Positions 40,219 to 50,116 of a stretch of 64,000 nt of DNA are shown piece by piece. The stretch is from Alphaproteobacteria bacterium (GTDB lineage: Bacteria; Pseudomonadota; Alphaproteobacteria; GCA-2731375). Both the position numbers and the translations under genes were made by a program. The notes under the pieces were generated by a model that saw only the letters and a program-made list of their open reading frames with translations, made no database searches and was not told the DNA's origin. Numbering within the stretch: position 1 is the first letter of the stretch; every line of letters begins with the position of its first letter. Where the stretch lies: NCBI GenBank assembly GCA_965232515.1, contig CBDDPY010000002.1, forward strand, positions 6,240,001 through 6,304,000, written 5' to 3'.

Positions 40219-41034
40219 TTACGCGAGAGGCGTTTCGCTGCTGATGTTGGAAAGATCGCCAAGTTGGCGTTCGTCGAGGTTGTAGAGCACATCGATCAGG
40301 CGTACCCGCAGGCTGCCCGGTCCCGCCGCCTCGGTTGCCGCCAATTGTCCGGCAACGCCCATGATGGCGAGACCGTCGACGGTAGCCGCCAGGGGAGCCG
40401 CGTTTACGGCGCAACAAGCGCCGATCAGGCAGGTGAGCGCGCAACCGAGCGCCGTGACCTTGGTCATCATGGGATCGCCGCCGCCGACGGCGATCACGTC
40501 GCGTCCGTCGGTCACATAGTCGATAGCGCCGGTCACCGCGACCACGGCGCCCGTGCTGGCGGCAAGCGCGCGTGCCGCGTCGACGGCTTCCTTCGAGGCG
40601 TGCGCGGAATCGACGCCCGAGGCCCGGGCAACCGCGTCGTCGCTCAATGTCATGATCTCGGAGCCGTTGCCGCGGATGACCGTCGGCCGCAGCGCGCAGA
40701 GCCGGCCGGCAAGCTCGCGCCGAAAACGGGTGCCGCCGACGCCGACCGGATCGAGCACCCAGGGTTTGCCGTTGTTCACCGCCGCAGTCGCCGCGGCCTG
40801 CATGGCCTCGGCCCGGTCCGCCGACAACGTGCCGATATTGACGGTGAGCGCGTCGGCCTTGGCGACGAACTCCTCGACTTCCTCGATGGCCTGCACCATG
40901 GCCGGCGAGGCGCCGACCGCCAGCATGACGTTGGCCGCCAGGTCCATGGCGACGAAGTTGGTGATGTTGTGGACCAGCGGCGTTCGCTGGCGGATTGCCT
41001 GTAGTGTCTGCCAGGGACTTGCGTCTGATGTCAC
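40219..41034 (-). CDS. thiM: hydroxyethylthiazole kinase
   Basis: PLVHNITNFV, GASPAM, NIGTL, VLDPVG, IRGN.SEI, GVDS, TALGC; GTG start. Confidence 0.93.
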   Translation of the reverse strand: MTSDASPWQTLQAIRQRTPLVHNITNFVAMDLAANVMLAVGASPAMVQAIEEVEEFVAKADALTVNIGTLSADRAEAMQAAATAAVNNGKPWVLDPVGVGGTRFRRELAGRLCALRPTVIRGNGSEIMTLSDDAVARASGVDSAHASKEAVDAARALAASTGAVVAVTGAIDYVTDGRDVIAVGGGDPMMTKVTALGCALTCLIGACCAVNAAPLAATVDGLAIMGVAGQLAATEAAGPGSLRVRLIDVLYNLDERQLGDLSNISSETPLA

Positions 41035-41050
41035 GGCTTTCGCCCCCGGT

Positions 41051-42163
41051 TCACCCGGCGGATCGCAATTGGGCATCCAGCACGGCATGCCGCGCGACCC
41101 GACCCCAGGCGACCGAGCGACGGCGCGCTGACATGTAGGATTCGTAGATCTGCCGCGTCGCTGCGTCACCGGCGGCGGCCTCGGCCAAGACCTCATCGGC
41201 GGCGGCGCGGGCGGCGGCCAGAACGTCGTTCCCGAAGCGCACCAGTGTGATGCCGTATTTCTCTTCGATGCCGTCCAGCGCCAGAGCATTCATCCAATCG
41301 GCCTCGGCCATGCCGCGGGCGTTCTCGGCTTCGCAGACGGCGCTGACAATTTCACGCAGGTCGGCGGGCAGCGCCTCGTAGGCCGCGCGATTGACCAGGC
41401 ATTCGGCCGAGCCGTTCGGCTCGTGAAAGCCCGGCCAGTGATAGAACTTGGCGGCCTTGGCGAGGCCCAATCCGATATCGCTCCAGGGGCCGAGGAATTC
41501 GGCGCCGTCGATCACGCCGGTTTGCAGCGCCGGCAGAATCTCGCCCGGCGGCAGGCTGACCGCCGTGGCGCCGAGCCGGCGCATGACCTCGCCGCCGAGA
41601 CCGGGCATGCGGTACTTCAGGCCCTTGAGGTCGTCGAGGCTGCGGATCGCCCTGATGCACCAGCCGCCCATCTGCATGCCGGAATTGCCAGCCAGAAACG
41701 GTTTCACGCCAAACGGCGCGTAAAGCGCGTCCCAGAGTTCCTGGCCGCCGCCCTGATAGATCCAGGCATTGTGTCCGTCCGGCGTCAGACCGAACGGCAC
41801 CGCGGTGAAGAACGGGCTTGCCTTGACCTTGCCGGCCCAGAAGAACGAGGCGCTGTGGCCCATCTGGGCGACGCCGCGGCGGACCGCGTCGAACACTTCG
41901 AAGGCGGGCACCAGCTCGCCGGCGGCATAGAGCTTGACCGTCAGCCGGCCGCCGCTCATCAGCGTAATGCGCTCGGCGATGCGGCGCGCCGTGGTGCCGG
42001 GACCCGGCGCGTTCTTCGGCCAGGACGTCACCAGGTTCCAGGCGTAGCGGTCCTGGGCGACGGCCGGCGTGGCGGCAATGGCCGCGGCGCCGGCCGCGCC
42101 TGCGCCGAGCAGTGCGCGGCGATCTATCGGGGGGAATGACGGCGGAAGGCGTCGGCGCGACAT
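41051..42163 (-). CDS. TRAP transporter substrate-binding protein (DctP/TakP-like), Tat-exported
   Basis: DRRALL leader, TSWPK, VPFGL, GNSGMQMGGW, GLKYRMPG, IDGAEF.GP, PGFHEP. Confidence 0.9.
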   Translation of the reverse strand: MSRRRLPPSFPPIDRRALLGAGAAGAAAIAATPAVAQDRYAWNLVTSWPKNAPGPGTTARRIAERITLMSGGRLTVKLYAAGELVPAFEVFDAVRRGVAQMGHSASFFWAGKVKASPFFTAVPFGLTPDGHNAWIYQGGGQELWDALYAPFGVKPFLAGNSGMQMGGWCIRAIRSLDDLKGLKYRMPGLGGEVMRRLGATAVSLPPGEILPALQTGVIDGAEFLGPWSDIGLGLAKAAKFYHWPGFHEPNGSAECLVNRAAYEALPADLREIVSAVCEAENARGMAEADWMNALALDGIEEKYGITLVRFGNDVLAAARAAADEVLAEAAAGDAATRQIYESYMSARRRSVAWGRVARHAVLDAQLRSAG

Positions 42164-42221
42164 GGTTAAGGTCTCCCTAATGGGGGAGCCGGCCATCGCA
42201 GAAGCTTTTCGGTCTTTTGCG

Positions 42222-42302
42222 GCCGCTCCCTGCGCTGGCATGACCCAGATCAGGTTCGATGGGTGTGTTCTCAGCCCCCGTACGAGGGGCACCCCAGCCA
42301 TT
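42222..42302 (-). ncRNA. TPP riboswitch
   Basis: Minus strand ggggtgccc...ggctgagaacacaccc.tcgaacctgatctgggtcatgccagcgcaggga. Confidence 0.95.
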
Positions 42303-42531
42303 GACGATGCAAAAATGACAGCTCGCCCCGGTGCTGTCAAAGCAAGAGAATTGCTGGCCTGGATTGAACGCGGCGGAGGCTGTTTCCCGCGGTTTTCCTG
42401 TCCTGGGGGGTCACGGTTTCTTGAACGGCGGTTGTTTTGATCTTCGGGCAGGTTAGTCTCACTTCAACGACGCGCGGCGTCCAACGGGCGCCGGAAAATG
42501 TCGTGCGTGTCGAGCAGGAGATAGGGCTGCC

Positions 42532-43509
42532 ATGCTGATCAAACGTCCACGCGGCTGGGAGATGCCGGAATCGGAAGCGACGCCGGAATCGGTGTTTCTG
42601 AACAGACGTCGCTTTATCAAGGGCGCCGGGCTGGGCGCGGGCGCGATTGCCGTCGGTACGCCGCTGCTGATGTCGTCGGGCAGTTCCGATGCCGCCGATG
42701 CAGATCCGTCTGCCGAGCTTTATCCGGTGATGCGCAACCCGGCCTACAAGCTCGATCGCGACATCACCGACGAGATGGTCGCCAGCACCTACAACAACTT
42801 CTACGAATTCGGCTCGCACAAGCGGATCGCGCGGGCGGCGCAGAAGCTGAAGATCCGGCCCTGGACGGTGGAACTGGCCGGCATGGTCGAGACCGAGCAG
42901 ACCATCGACATCGACGCGCTGTTGCGCAAGATGCCGCTGGAGGAACGGCTTTACCGGCATCGCTGCGTCGAGGCATGGGCCATGGCCGTGCCCTGGTCCG
43001 GCTTCCCGATGAAGGCGCTGGTCGATCTGGCGCAGCCGCTGTCGGGGGCCAAATACGTCGTCATGCAGACTTTCCTCGATGCCGACATGGCACCGGGCCA
43101 GAAGCAGTTCTGGTATCCCTGGCCCTATGTCGAGGGCCTGACCATCGAGGAAGCGACGAACGAGCTCGCCTTCCTGGTGACGGGGATCTACGGCAAGCCG
43201 CTGCCGAAGCAGTTCGGCGCGCCGCTTCGCCTGGCGGTGCCGTGGAAGTACGGCTTCAAGTCGATCAAGTCGATCGTGCGCTTCGAGTTCACTGACCAAC
43301 GGCCGGTCAGCTTCTGGGAAGAGATCCAGGGCAAGGAATACGGGTTCTGGGCGAACGTGAACCCCGAGGTGGCGCACCCGCGCTGGAGCCAGGCGACAGA
43401 GGAACTGATCGGTACTGGCAAACGCGTGCCGACGAAGCTGTTCAACGGCTACGGCGAGTTCGTCGCCGATCTCTACAAGGGCAAGGAAGACGAGCGCCTC
43501 TGGGCCTGA
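42532..43509 (+). CDS. msrP: periplasmic methionine sulfoxide reductase catalytic subunit
   Basis: Tat NRRRF, YNNFYEFG, RCVEAW, GAPLRL..PWKYGFKSIKSI, ANVNP...HPRWSQ. Confidence 0.95.
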   Translation: MLIKRPRGWEMPESEATPESVFLNRRRFIKGAGLGAGAIAVGTPLLMSSGSSDAADADPSAELYPVMRNPAYKLDRDITDEMVASTYNNFYEFGSHKRIARAAQKLKIRPWTVELAGMVETEQTIDIDALLRKMPLEERLYRHRCVEAWAMAVPWSGFPMKALVDLAQPLSGAKYVVMQTFLDADMAPGQKQFWYPWPYVEGLTIEEATNELAFLVTGIYGKPLPKQFGAPLRLAVPWKYGFKSIKSIVRFEFTDQRPVSFWEEIQGKEYGFWANVNPEVAHPRWSQATEELIGTGKRVPTKLFNGYGEFVADLYKGKEDERLWA

Positions 43510-43566
43510 CTCCGGCTGGACAAATACCGTTTGGCGAGCGTCGGGTAGCCTGCTAAGCAGCAGGCC

Positions 43567-44217
43567 ATGGGGCCTGATCTGATCATTTTCGACTGCGACG
43601 GGGTGCTGGTCGACAGCGAGCCGCTGTCGAACCGGGTGCTGACCGATTGTCTCAACGAAGCCGGCTTCGACCTGTCGTTCGAGGAGGTGGCGAAGAACTT
43701 TATCGGCCTGACGCTGAACCGGTGCTTTGCCATGCTGGAAGAGCGGTTTGGCCGCCCGATGCCGCCAGACTTCGAAGTGGCGCTGCAGGAACGAACCTAC
43801 GCCCGCTTCCGTACCGATCTGGAAGCCGTGCCGGGCGTGATCGACGTACTCAATTCGCTCGATGAAGACGGGCAAGCGACCTGCGTCGCATCGTCCGGCA
43901 CGATGGAAAAGATGCAGGTTTCGCTCGGCATCACCGGTCTGTGGGACCGCTTCGACGGACGCATCTTCAACAGCGCCATGGTAACCCGCGGCAAGCCCTG
44001 GCCGGACCTGTTCCTGCATGCTGCCGAACGTATGGGCGTGGCGCCGGAGAACTCTGTCGTCATCGAGGACAGCCTGCCGGGCGTGCAGGCGGCGCGGGCC
44101 GCCGGGATGACGGTGTTCGGCTATGTCGGCGGCAGTCTCGCACGTCCGCTGGCGGCCGAGGGCGCCATCGAGTTCGACGACATGGCGCGGCTGCCCGAGT
44201 TAATCAGGACGCTCTAG
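43567..44217 (+). CDS. HAD-superfamily hydrolase
   Basis: FDCDGVLVDSE, GKP.PD, IEDS..G. Confidence 0.92.
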   Translation: MGPDLIIFDCDGVLVDSEPLSNRVLTDCLNEAGFDLSFEEVAKNFIGLTLNRCFAMLEERFGRPMPPDFEVALQERTYARFRTDLEAVPGVIDVLNSLDEDGQATCVASSGTMEKMQVSLGITGLWDRFDGRIFNSAMVTRGKPWPDLFLHAAERMGVAPENSVVIEDSLPGVQAARAAGMTVFGYVGGSLARPLAAEGAIEFDDMARLPELIRTL

Positions 44218-44830
44218 CGGCCTCGACGCGGCGCTTGATGTCATCCGGGTTGACGCCGGTTTCGCGCATGCGGGTCTCGGCCTGTGCTTTCACCGCGTCG
44301 CAGAACGCCGTAAGGAACGGATCGAAGGCGCAGGGCCCGTCCATCTTGGTGTAGACGAGGTCGTATTCGACCGGCTCCCAGCTCGCCATGTCGGCGAGAT
44401 TGTGCTGAACCTGAACTTCCAGCTTGTCGAGGGCGCCCGCAAACTTGGCTTCGTTGCTCTGCTTGGCCTCGTATTCCTGCCAAAGCGCCTGGATTTCCTC
44501 GCCGACGGCATCCGGCAGCTGTTTGCGGATGCTCCGCATGGCCGCGTCCTCGCGCGCGGCCTTCTGCTCCATGGCCTCGCCGGTCGCGAACGACGGCACG
44601 TCGCCGGCCTCGACCTCGACCAGGTCGTGCACCACGATCATCTTCAGGGTCTTTTCCAGATCGATCTCGACGTCAAGGTGCCGATGCATCAGCAGGGCCA
44701 TCAACGCCATCTGCCAGCTGTGTTCGGCGACGCTTTCGTGCCGGCCATTTGACAGCCAGCTGTGCCGCAACTCCAGCTTCAGGCGCTCGGACAGCTTCAG
44801 GAAGTCCAGAATTCTCCGCACCTCGTCCAA
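44204..44830 (-). CDS. HD-domain phosphohydrolase (HDDC2/YfbR-like)
   Basis: ESVAEHSW, HDLVE...GD, DKLE; TTG start with RBS gaagga. Confidence 0.85.
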   Translation of the reverse strand: MDEVRRILDFLKLSERLKLELRHSWLSNGRHESVAEHSWQMALMALLMHRHLDVEIDLEKTLKMIVVHDLVEVEAGDVPSFATGEAMEQKAAREDAAMRSIRKQLPDAVGEEIQALWQEYEAKQSNEAKFAGALDKLEVQVQHNLADMASWEPVEYDLVYTKMDGPCAFDPFLTAFCDAVKAQAETRMRETGVNPDDIKRRVEAARAS

Positions 44831-44989
44831 TTTGTATTCCTTCCGTCATGGACCGCGTGAACTGGAGGCTACGCGTCGCAATTGAAGTTCGGCAAGATAA
44901 ACGGCTAGCATGGCGCAAGAAACGGGGGACGCGACCGGTCGACGATCAGGCGCGGTCAAAGCCCGACAACAGGGAGCAGTGAAGCAACG

Positions 44990-45985
44990 ATGAAACAGGG
45001 TATTGCGATTTTCGGGCTTGCCATGCTGGTGGGCGCCGGCGCGGCCTCGGCGGCGGACCTGAAGCCGGCCGTGGTCTTCGACATGGGCGGCAAATTCGAC
45101 AAGTCCTTCAACGAAGGCGTCTACAACGGTGTCGAGAAGTTCCGCGAAGAGACCGGCATCAAATACCGGGAATTCGAGGTCAAGAACCCGACGCAGCGTG
45201 AACAGGCGGTCCGCAAGATGGCCGAGCGCGGCGCGGATCCGGTGCTCGGCGTCGGCTTCGCCCAGGCCCCGGCGATCGAGGCCGTGGCCAAGGACTTCCC
45301 CGACACGCGCTTCACCATCATTGACATGGTCGTCGACCTGCCGAACGTGCAGTCCGTGGTGTTCAAGGAGCACGAGGGTTCGTTCCTGGTCGGCGTGCTG
45401 GCTGCCGCGGCGTCGAAGTCCGCCAAGGTCGGTTTCGTCGGCGGCATGGACATTCCGCTGATCCGGCGCTTCGCTTGCGGCTACGAGCAGGGCGTCAAAT
45501 ACGCCAGCCCCGATGCCGACGTCTATCTCAACATGACCGGCACCACGCCGGCGGCCTGGAACGACCCGACGAAAGGCTCGGAGCTGGCCAAGAGCCAGTT
45601 CGACCGTGGCGCCGACGTCGTGTTCGCCGCGGCCGGTGGCACCGGTATCGGCGTGTACCAGGCGGCGAAGGACAACGGCAAATACGCCATCGGCGTCGAT
45701 TCCAACCAGAACCACCTGCACCCCGGGACCATGCTGACGTCCATGCTGAAGCGCGTCGACGTCGCTGCCTACAACACCTTCCGCGGCGCCAACGATGGCG
45801 AATGGAAGCCCGGCATTCAGGTGCTCGGCTTGGCCGAGGGCGGCGTCGACTGGGCGCTCGACGAGCACAATGAAGGCTTGATCACGCCAGAGATGAAGGC
45901 GCAGGTGGAAGCCGCCAAACAGGACATCATTGACGGCAAGATCGTGGTGCATGACTACATGGCCGACAGCAAATGCACCTATTGA
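44990..45985 (+). CDS. BMP-family nucleoside ABC transporter substrate-binding protein
   Basis: DKSFN, FKEHEGSFLVG, AAGGTG, IGVDSNQ, SMLKRVD. Confidence 0.92.
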   Translation: MKQGIAIFGLAMLVGAGAASAADLKPAVVFDMGGKFDKSFNEGVYNGVEKFREETGIKYREFEVKNPTQREQAVRKMAERGADPVLGVGFAQAPAIEAVAKDFPDTRFTIIDMVVDLPNVQSVVFKEHEGSFLVGVLAAAASKSAKVGFVGGMDIPLIRRFACGYEQGVKYASPDADVYLNMTGTTPAAWNDPTKGSELAKSQFDRGADVVFAAAGGTGIGVYQAAKDNGKYAIGVDSNQNHLHPGTMLTSMLKRVDVAAYNTFRGANDGEWKPGIQVLGLAEGGVDWALDEHNEGLITPEMKAQVEAAKQDIIDGKIVVHDYMADSKCTY

Positions 45986-46072
45986 TGGGCACGCCCCGCT
46001 GAGGCCGGCCGCCACGGTCATCCTGACCATGCGACCGACGGGGGTTCGTCCAATGCGAAACGGCGGGCGGCC

Positions 46073-47629
46073 ATGACCGGCGGCCCGCCGCCCGCCATCG
46101 AACTCCGTGGGATCAACAAGCGGTTCGGTCCCGTCCACGCCAACAAGGACGTCTCGCTGCTGGTGCCGGCCGGCACCATCCACGGCATCGTGGGCGAGAA
46201 CGGCGCCGGCAAGTCGACGCTGATGAGCATCCTTTACGGCTTCTATCAGGCCGACAGCGGCGACATCGCCATCTTCGGCGAAACCATGAAGATCCACGGC
46301 AGCGAGGACGCCATCGCCGCCGGCATCGGCATGGTGCATCAGCACTTCATGCTGGTCGACGTGTTCACCGTGCTGGAAAACATCCTGCTCGGCGCCGAGG
46401 GCGGCGCGCTCCTGGCCGAGGGCATGGCGGCGGCGCGGCGCGAGATCACGCGGCTGGAGGAGGAATACGGCTTGCAGGTCGATCCCGACGCGCTGGTCGG
46501 CGACCTGCCGGTCGGCCTGCGGCAGCGCGTGGAGATCCTGAAGGCGCTGTTCCGTGGCGCCAAGATCCTGATCCTGGACGAGCCGACCGGTGTGCTGACG
46601 CCGCAGGAGACCGATCAATTGTTCCGCGTGCTCGACACTCTGCGCCAGCAGGGCGTCACCATCGTGCTGATCACCCACAAGCTGCGCGAGATCATGGCCA
46701 TCACCGACAATGTCTCGGTGATGCGTGCGGGCGAGGTGGTGGCCAACCGGCCGACGGCCGAGACCACGCGGGAAGAACTCGCCGAGCTCATGGTCGGGCG
46801 CAAGGTGCTGCTGGAGGTCGGCAAACAGCCGGCGCAGCCGCGCCAGCCCGCACTTGAGGTCGATCATCTGACGGTCATCGACGAAAAGGGACTGCGCTGC
46901 GTGAACGATGTCAGCTTCACCGTTCGCGGCGGCGAGATCGTCGGCATCGCCGGCGTCTCCGGTAACGGCCAGAGCGAGCTGATGGAGGCGCTGGCCGGCA
47001 TCCGCGCCATCGACAGCGGCGAGGTCCGCGTCAACGGCAAGCACGTCACGCCGTCTCAGCCGACGGACGCCAAACTTATGCGGCAGGCGAGCCTGGCGCA
47101 CGTGCCGGAAGACAGGCACCGCATGGGCCTGGTGATGCCGTTCGAAGCCAACGAGTCGGCGATCCTCGGCTACCACGACGATCCGAAGTATTCGGGCATG
47201 GTGTTCATGAACAGCCGCGCCATCGTCGAGGACACGGCCGACAAGATGTCGCGCTTCGACGTCCGGCCGCAGGATCCTTTCCTGAAGACGGCGAATTTCT
47301 CGGGCGGCAATCAGCAGAAGATTGTCCTGGCGCGGGAAATGGAGCGCCATCCGGATATATTGCTTGTCGGTCAGCCCACTCGCGGCGTGGATATCGGCGC
47401 CATCGAATTCATCCACAAGCGCATCGTCGAGATGCGCGACGCCGGCTGCGCCGTCCTGCTGGTCTCGGTCGAACTTGACGAAATCATGTCGTTGAGCGAC
47501 CGCATCCTGGTGATGTTCGAGGGCGGCGTCGTCGGTGAGGTCGCCGCCGAGGACGCGGATTCCCGCACGCTGGGCCTGATGATGGCGAACATCGTGCCCG
47601 ATCAGGACGCGGAGGCCGGCCATGGCTAA
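46073..47629 (+). CDS. nucleoside ABC transporter ATPase (two NBDs)
   Basis: [31 protein letters not shown]. Confidence 0.95.
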   Translation: MTGGPPPAIELRGINKRFGPVHANKDVSLLVPAGTIHGIVGENGAGKSTLMSILYGFYQADSGDIAIFGETMKIHGSEDAIAAGIGMVHQHFMLVDVFTVLENILLGAEGGALLAEGMAAARREITRLEEEYGLQVDPDALVGDLPVGLRQRVEILKALFRGAKILILDEPTGVLTPQETDQLFRVLDTLRQQGVTIVLITHKLREIMAITDNVSVMRAGEVVANRPTAETTREELAELMVGRKVLLEVGKQPAQPRQPALEVDHLTVIDEKGLRCVNDVSFTVRGGEIVGIAGVSGNGQSELMEALAGIRAIDSGEVRVNGKHVTPSQPTDAKLMRQASLAHVPEDRHRMGLVMPFEANESAILGYHDDPKYSGMVFMNSRAIVEDTADKMSRFDVRPQDPFLKTANFSGGNQQKIVLAREMERHPDILLVGQPTRGVDIGAIEFIHKRIVEMRDAGCAVLLVSVELDEIMSLSDRILVMFEGGVVGEVAAEDADSRTLGLMMANIVPDQDAEAGHG

Positions 47630-48740
47630 CGGCAGCGGCCAGTTGCCGAAATGGGCCGACATCGTCGTGCTGCCGCTGATCAACGTGGCGATGGCGTTCA
47701 TCGTCTCCGGCATCATCATCGCCGCCATCGGCCAGAATCCGTTCGAGGCGACCAAGATCCTGGTGCTGGGCGCGTTCAGCTATGACGGCGCGCTCGGCTA
47801 TACGCTCTACTACACGACGAATTTCGTCTTTACCGGACTGGCGGTCGCCGTGGCGTTTCATGCCGGCCTGTTCAACATCGGCGGCGAGGGCCAGGCTTAT
47901 ATCGGCGGCCTCGGCGTCGGCCTTGCCGCCCTCGCGCTCGACAGCAGCCTGCCGTTCATCCTGCTGCTGCCGATTTCGATTGCGGGGGCTGCGCTGTTCG
48001 GGGCCGGCTGGGCCTTCATCCCGGGCTATCTGCAGGCGAAGCGGGGCAGCCATATCGTCATCACGACGATCATGTTCAACTTCATCGCCGCCTCGCTGAT
48101 GGTCTACCTGATGACCCAGGTGCTGATCCGGCCGGGGCAGATGTCGCCGGAAAGCCGCGTGCTGGCGGAGCATGCCTGGCTGCCATTCATGCACGAGGCA
48201 CTGGGCTGGTTCGGCGTCGAGGCCGCCCGCTCGCCGCTCAACCTGTCGCTGCTCTGGGCTCTGGCCTGCTGCGTGCTGGTCTGGCTGCTGATCTGGCACA
48301 CCAAGCTCGGACACGAGATCCGCACGGTCGGCAGCAACCAGACGGCCGCCGTCTATGCCGGCATCAAGCCGGACCGGATCATCATTATCGCCATGTGCAT
48401 TTCCGGCGGTCTCGCCGGCTTCGTTGGCGTCAACGAGATCCTCGGCGTGCAGCACCGGCTGCTGCTGGACTTCTCGGCGGGCTACGGCTTCACCGGCATC
48501 GCTGTCGCCCTGATGGGCCGCAACCATCCCGTCGGCATCGTGCTGGCGAGCCTGCTGTTCGGCGCGCTCTATCAGGGCGGCGCCGAACTGGCGTTCGAGA
48601 ATTCCGCCTTCACGCCGGATCTGATCGTGGTCATTCAAGGCCTGGTGGTGCTGTTCTCGGGCGCGCTCGGCTTCATGTTCCGGCCCTATCTGGAACGGCT
48701 GTTCGTACGCGGGCCCGCGCCGGCGTTGGCGGAGGGCTAG
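47622..48740 (+). CDS. nucleoside ABC transporter permease
   Basis: GLFNIGGEGQ, TIMFN, GFTGIAVAL.GRN.P. Confidence 0.93.
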   Translation: MANGSGQLPKWADIVVLPLINVAMAFIVSGIIIAAIGQNPFEATKILVLGAFSYDGALGYTLYYTTNFVFTGLAVAVAFHAGLFNIGGEGQAYIGGLGVGLAALALDSSLPFILLLPISIAGAALFGAGWAFIPGYLQAKRGSHIVITTIMFNFIAASLMVYLMTQVLIRPGQMSPESRVLAEHAWLPFMHEALGWFGVEAARSPLNLSLLWALACCVLVWLLIWHTKLGHEIRTVGSNQTAAVYAGIKPDRIIIIAMCISGGLAGFVGVNEILGVQHRLLLDFSAGYGFTGIAVALMGRNHPVGIVLASLLFGALYQGGAELAFENSAFTPDLIVVIQGLVVLFSGALGFMFRPYLERLFVRGPAPALAEG

Positions 48741-49724
48741 ATGGCGGACGTCGGCGAGTTCCTGTTTCTCCTCGTCCTGACGCTGGACGCCACCGTGCGC
48801 GTGGCGACGCCGCTGGTTCTGGCGGCGCTGGCCGGCCTGATCGTCGAACGCTCCGGCGTCATCGATATCGGCCTCGAGGGCAAGATGCTGGGCGCGGCAT
48901 TCGCCGCGGCCACGGTCGCGGCGGTCACCGGGTCGGCCTGGCTCGGTCTGCTGATGGCGCTCGTCGTGTCGGTGCTGCTGGCGCTGCTGCACGGCTTTGC
49001 CTGCATTACGCACAAGGGCAACCAGATCGTCAGCGGCGTCGCCATCAACATCATGGTTTCCGGCCTGACGGCGTTGTTGGGCGTTGCGTGGTTCGCGCGT
49101 GGCGGCCAGACGCCGCCGCTGTCCGACGACGCGCGTTTCGGCGCCGTGACCTTCCCGGGCGCCGAGGCGCTGGCCGACGTGCCCCTGATCGGCGCGATCT
49201 ATTCCGAGCTGCTGAGCGGCCACAATGTCTTGGTCTACGTCGCGTTCCTGACCGTGCCGTTCGTCTGGTGGCTGGTCTATCGCACACGCTTCGGTCTGCG
49301 CCTCAGAGCCACCGGCGAGAATCCGGCGGCGGTCGACACGGCCGGCATTTCCGTCGAGCGCATGCGCTTTCTGGCGCTGATCTGCTGCGGCATCCTCTGC
49401 GGTCTGGCGGGCGCCTATCTCTCGACCGGCCACAGCGCCTCGTTCATCCGCGACATGACGGCTGGCAAGGGCTATATCGCGCTGGCGGCGATGATTTTCG
49501 GCAAGTGGCGGCCGGTGCCGGTGCTGTTGGCCTGCCTGCTGTTCGGCTTCCTCGACGCCGTGGCCGTGCGCCTGCAGGGCGTGGCCCTGCCGATGGTCGG
49601 CGAGATCCCGGTGCAGTTCGTCCAGGCGCTGCCCTATATCCTGACCGTCGTGCTGCTGGCCGGCTTCATCGGCCAGGCGATCGCGCCGCGGGCGAGCGGC
49701 ATTCCCTACGTCAAGGAACGATGA
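48741..49724 (+). CDS. nucleoside ABC transporter permease
   Basis: ERSGV..IGLEG, GENP, G.GYIALAA.IFGKW.P, LPY. Confidence 0.93.
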   Translation: MADVGEFLFLLVLTLDATVRVATPLVLAALAGLIVERSGVIDIGLEGKMLGAAFAAATVAAVTGSAWLGLLMALVVSVLLALLHGFACITHKGNQIVSGVAINIMVSGLTALLGVAWFARGGQTPPLSDDARFGAVTFPGAEALADVPLIGAIYSELLSGHNVLVYVAFLTVPFVWWLVYRTRFGLRLRATGENPAAVDTAGISVERMRFLALICCGILCGLAGAYLSTGHSASFIRDMTAGKGYIALAAMIFGKWRPVPVLLACLLFGFLDAVAVRLQGVALPMVGEIPVQFVQALPYILTVVLLAGFIGQAIAPRASGIPYVKER

Positions 49725-50116
49725 CGGCGGTCGACGACATGCTGGCGGCGGCGCGGGCTGCCATGGCGAACGCCTACGCGCCCTATTCGAAGTTTCATGT
49801 CGGGGCGGCCGTCCGCACCGATCAGGGCAATATCTACGCCGGCTGCAACGTCGAGAACGCTGCTTATCCCCAGGGCACCTGCGCCGAAACGGCGGCAATC
49901 GCCGCCATGGTGACCGCCGGCGAGAGACGCATCGTCGAGGTGCTGGTGATCGGCGGCGGCCCTGAGCTGATCACGCCTTGCGGCGGTTGCCGGCAGCGCC
50001 TGCGCGAATTCGCGGCCGATGACGTACCCGTCCACCTCTGCAATGCCGATGGCCCGCAGCGCCGTGAGACGTTGGGCGCCTTGCTGCCGCGGTCGTTCGG
50101 ACCGGAGCATCTCTAG
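49721..50116 (+). CDS. cdd: cytidine deaminase
   Basis: AYAPYSKF.VGAA, NVEN, CAE, PCGGCRQ. Confidence 0.95.
   Translation: MTAVDDMLAAARAAMANAYAPYSKFHVGAAVRTDQGNIYAGCNVENAAYPQGTCAETAAIAAMVTAGERRIVEVLVIGGGPELITPCGGCRQRLREFAADDVPVHLCNADGPQRRETLGALLPRSFGPEHL

Noticed and set aside
48395-49720. 573-aa ORF ending in cytidine deaminase, and the extended 396-aa add ORF from 53649
   Set aside because: The upstream parts are alternate frames of preceding genes; real starts are 49721 and 53856
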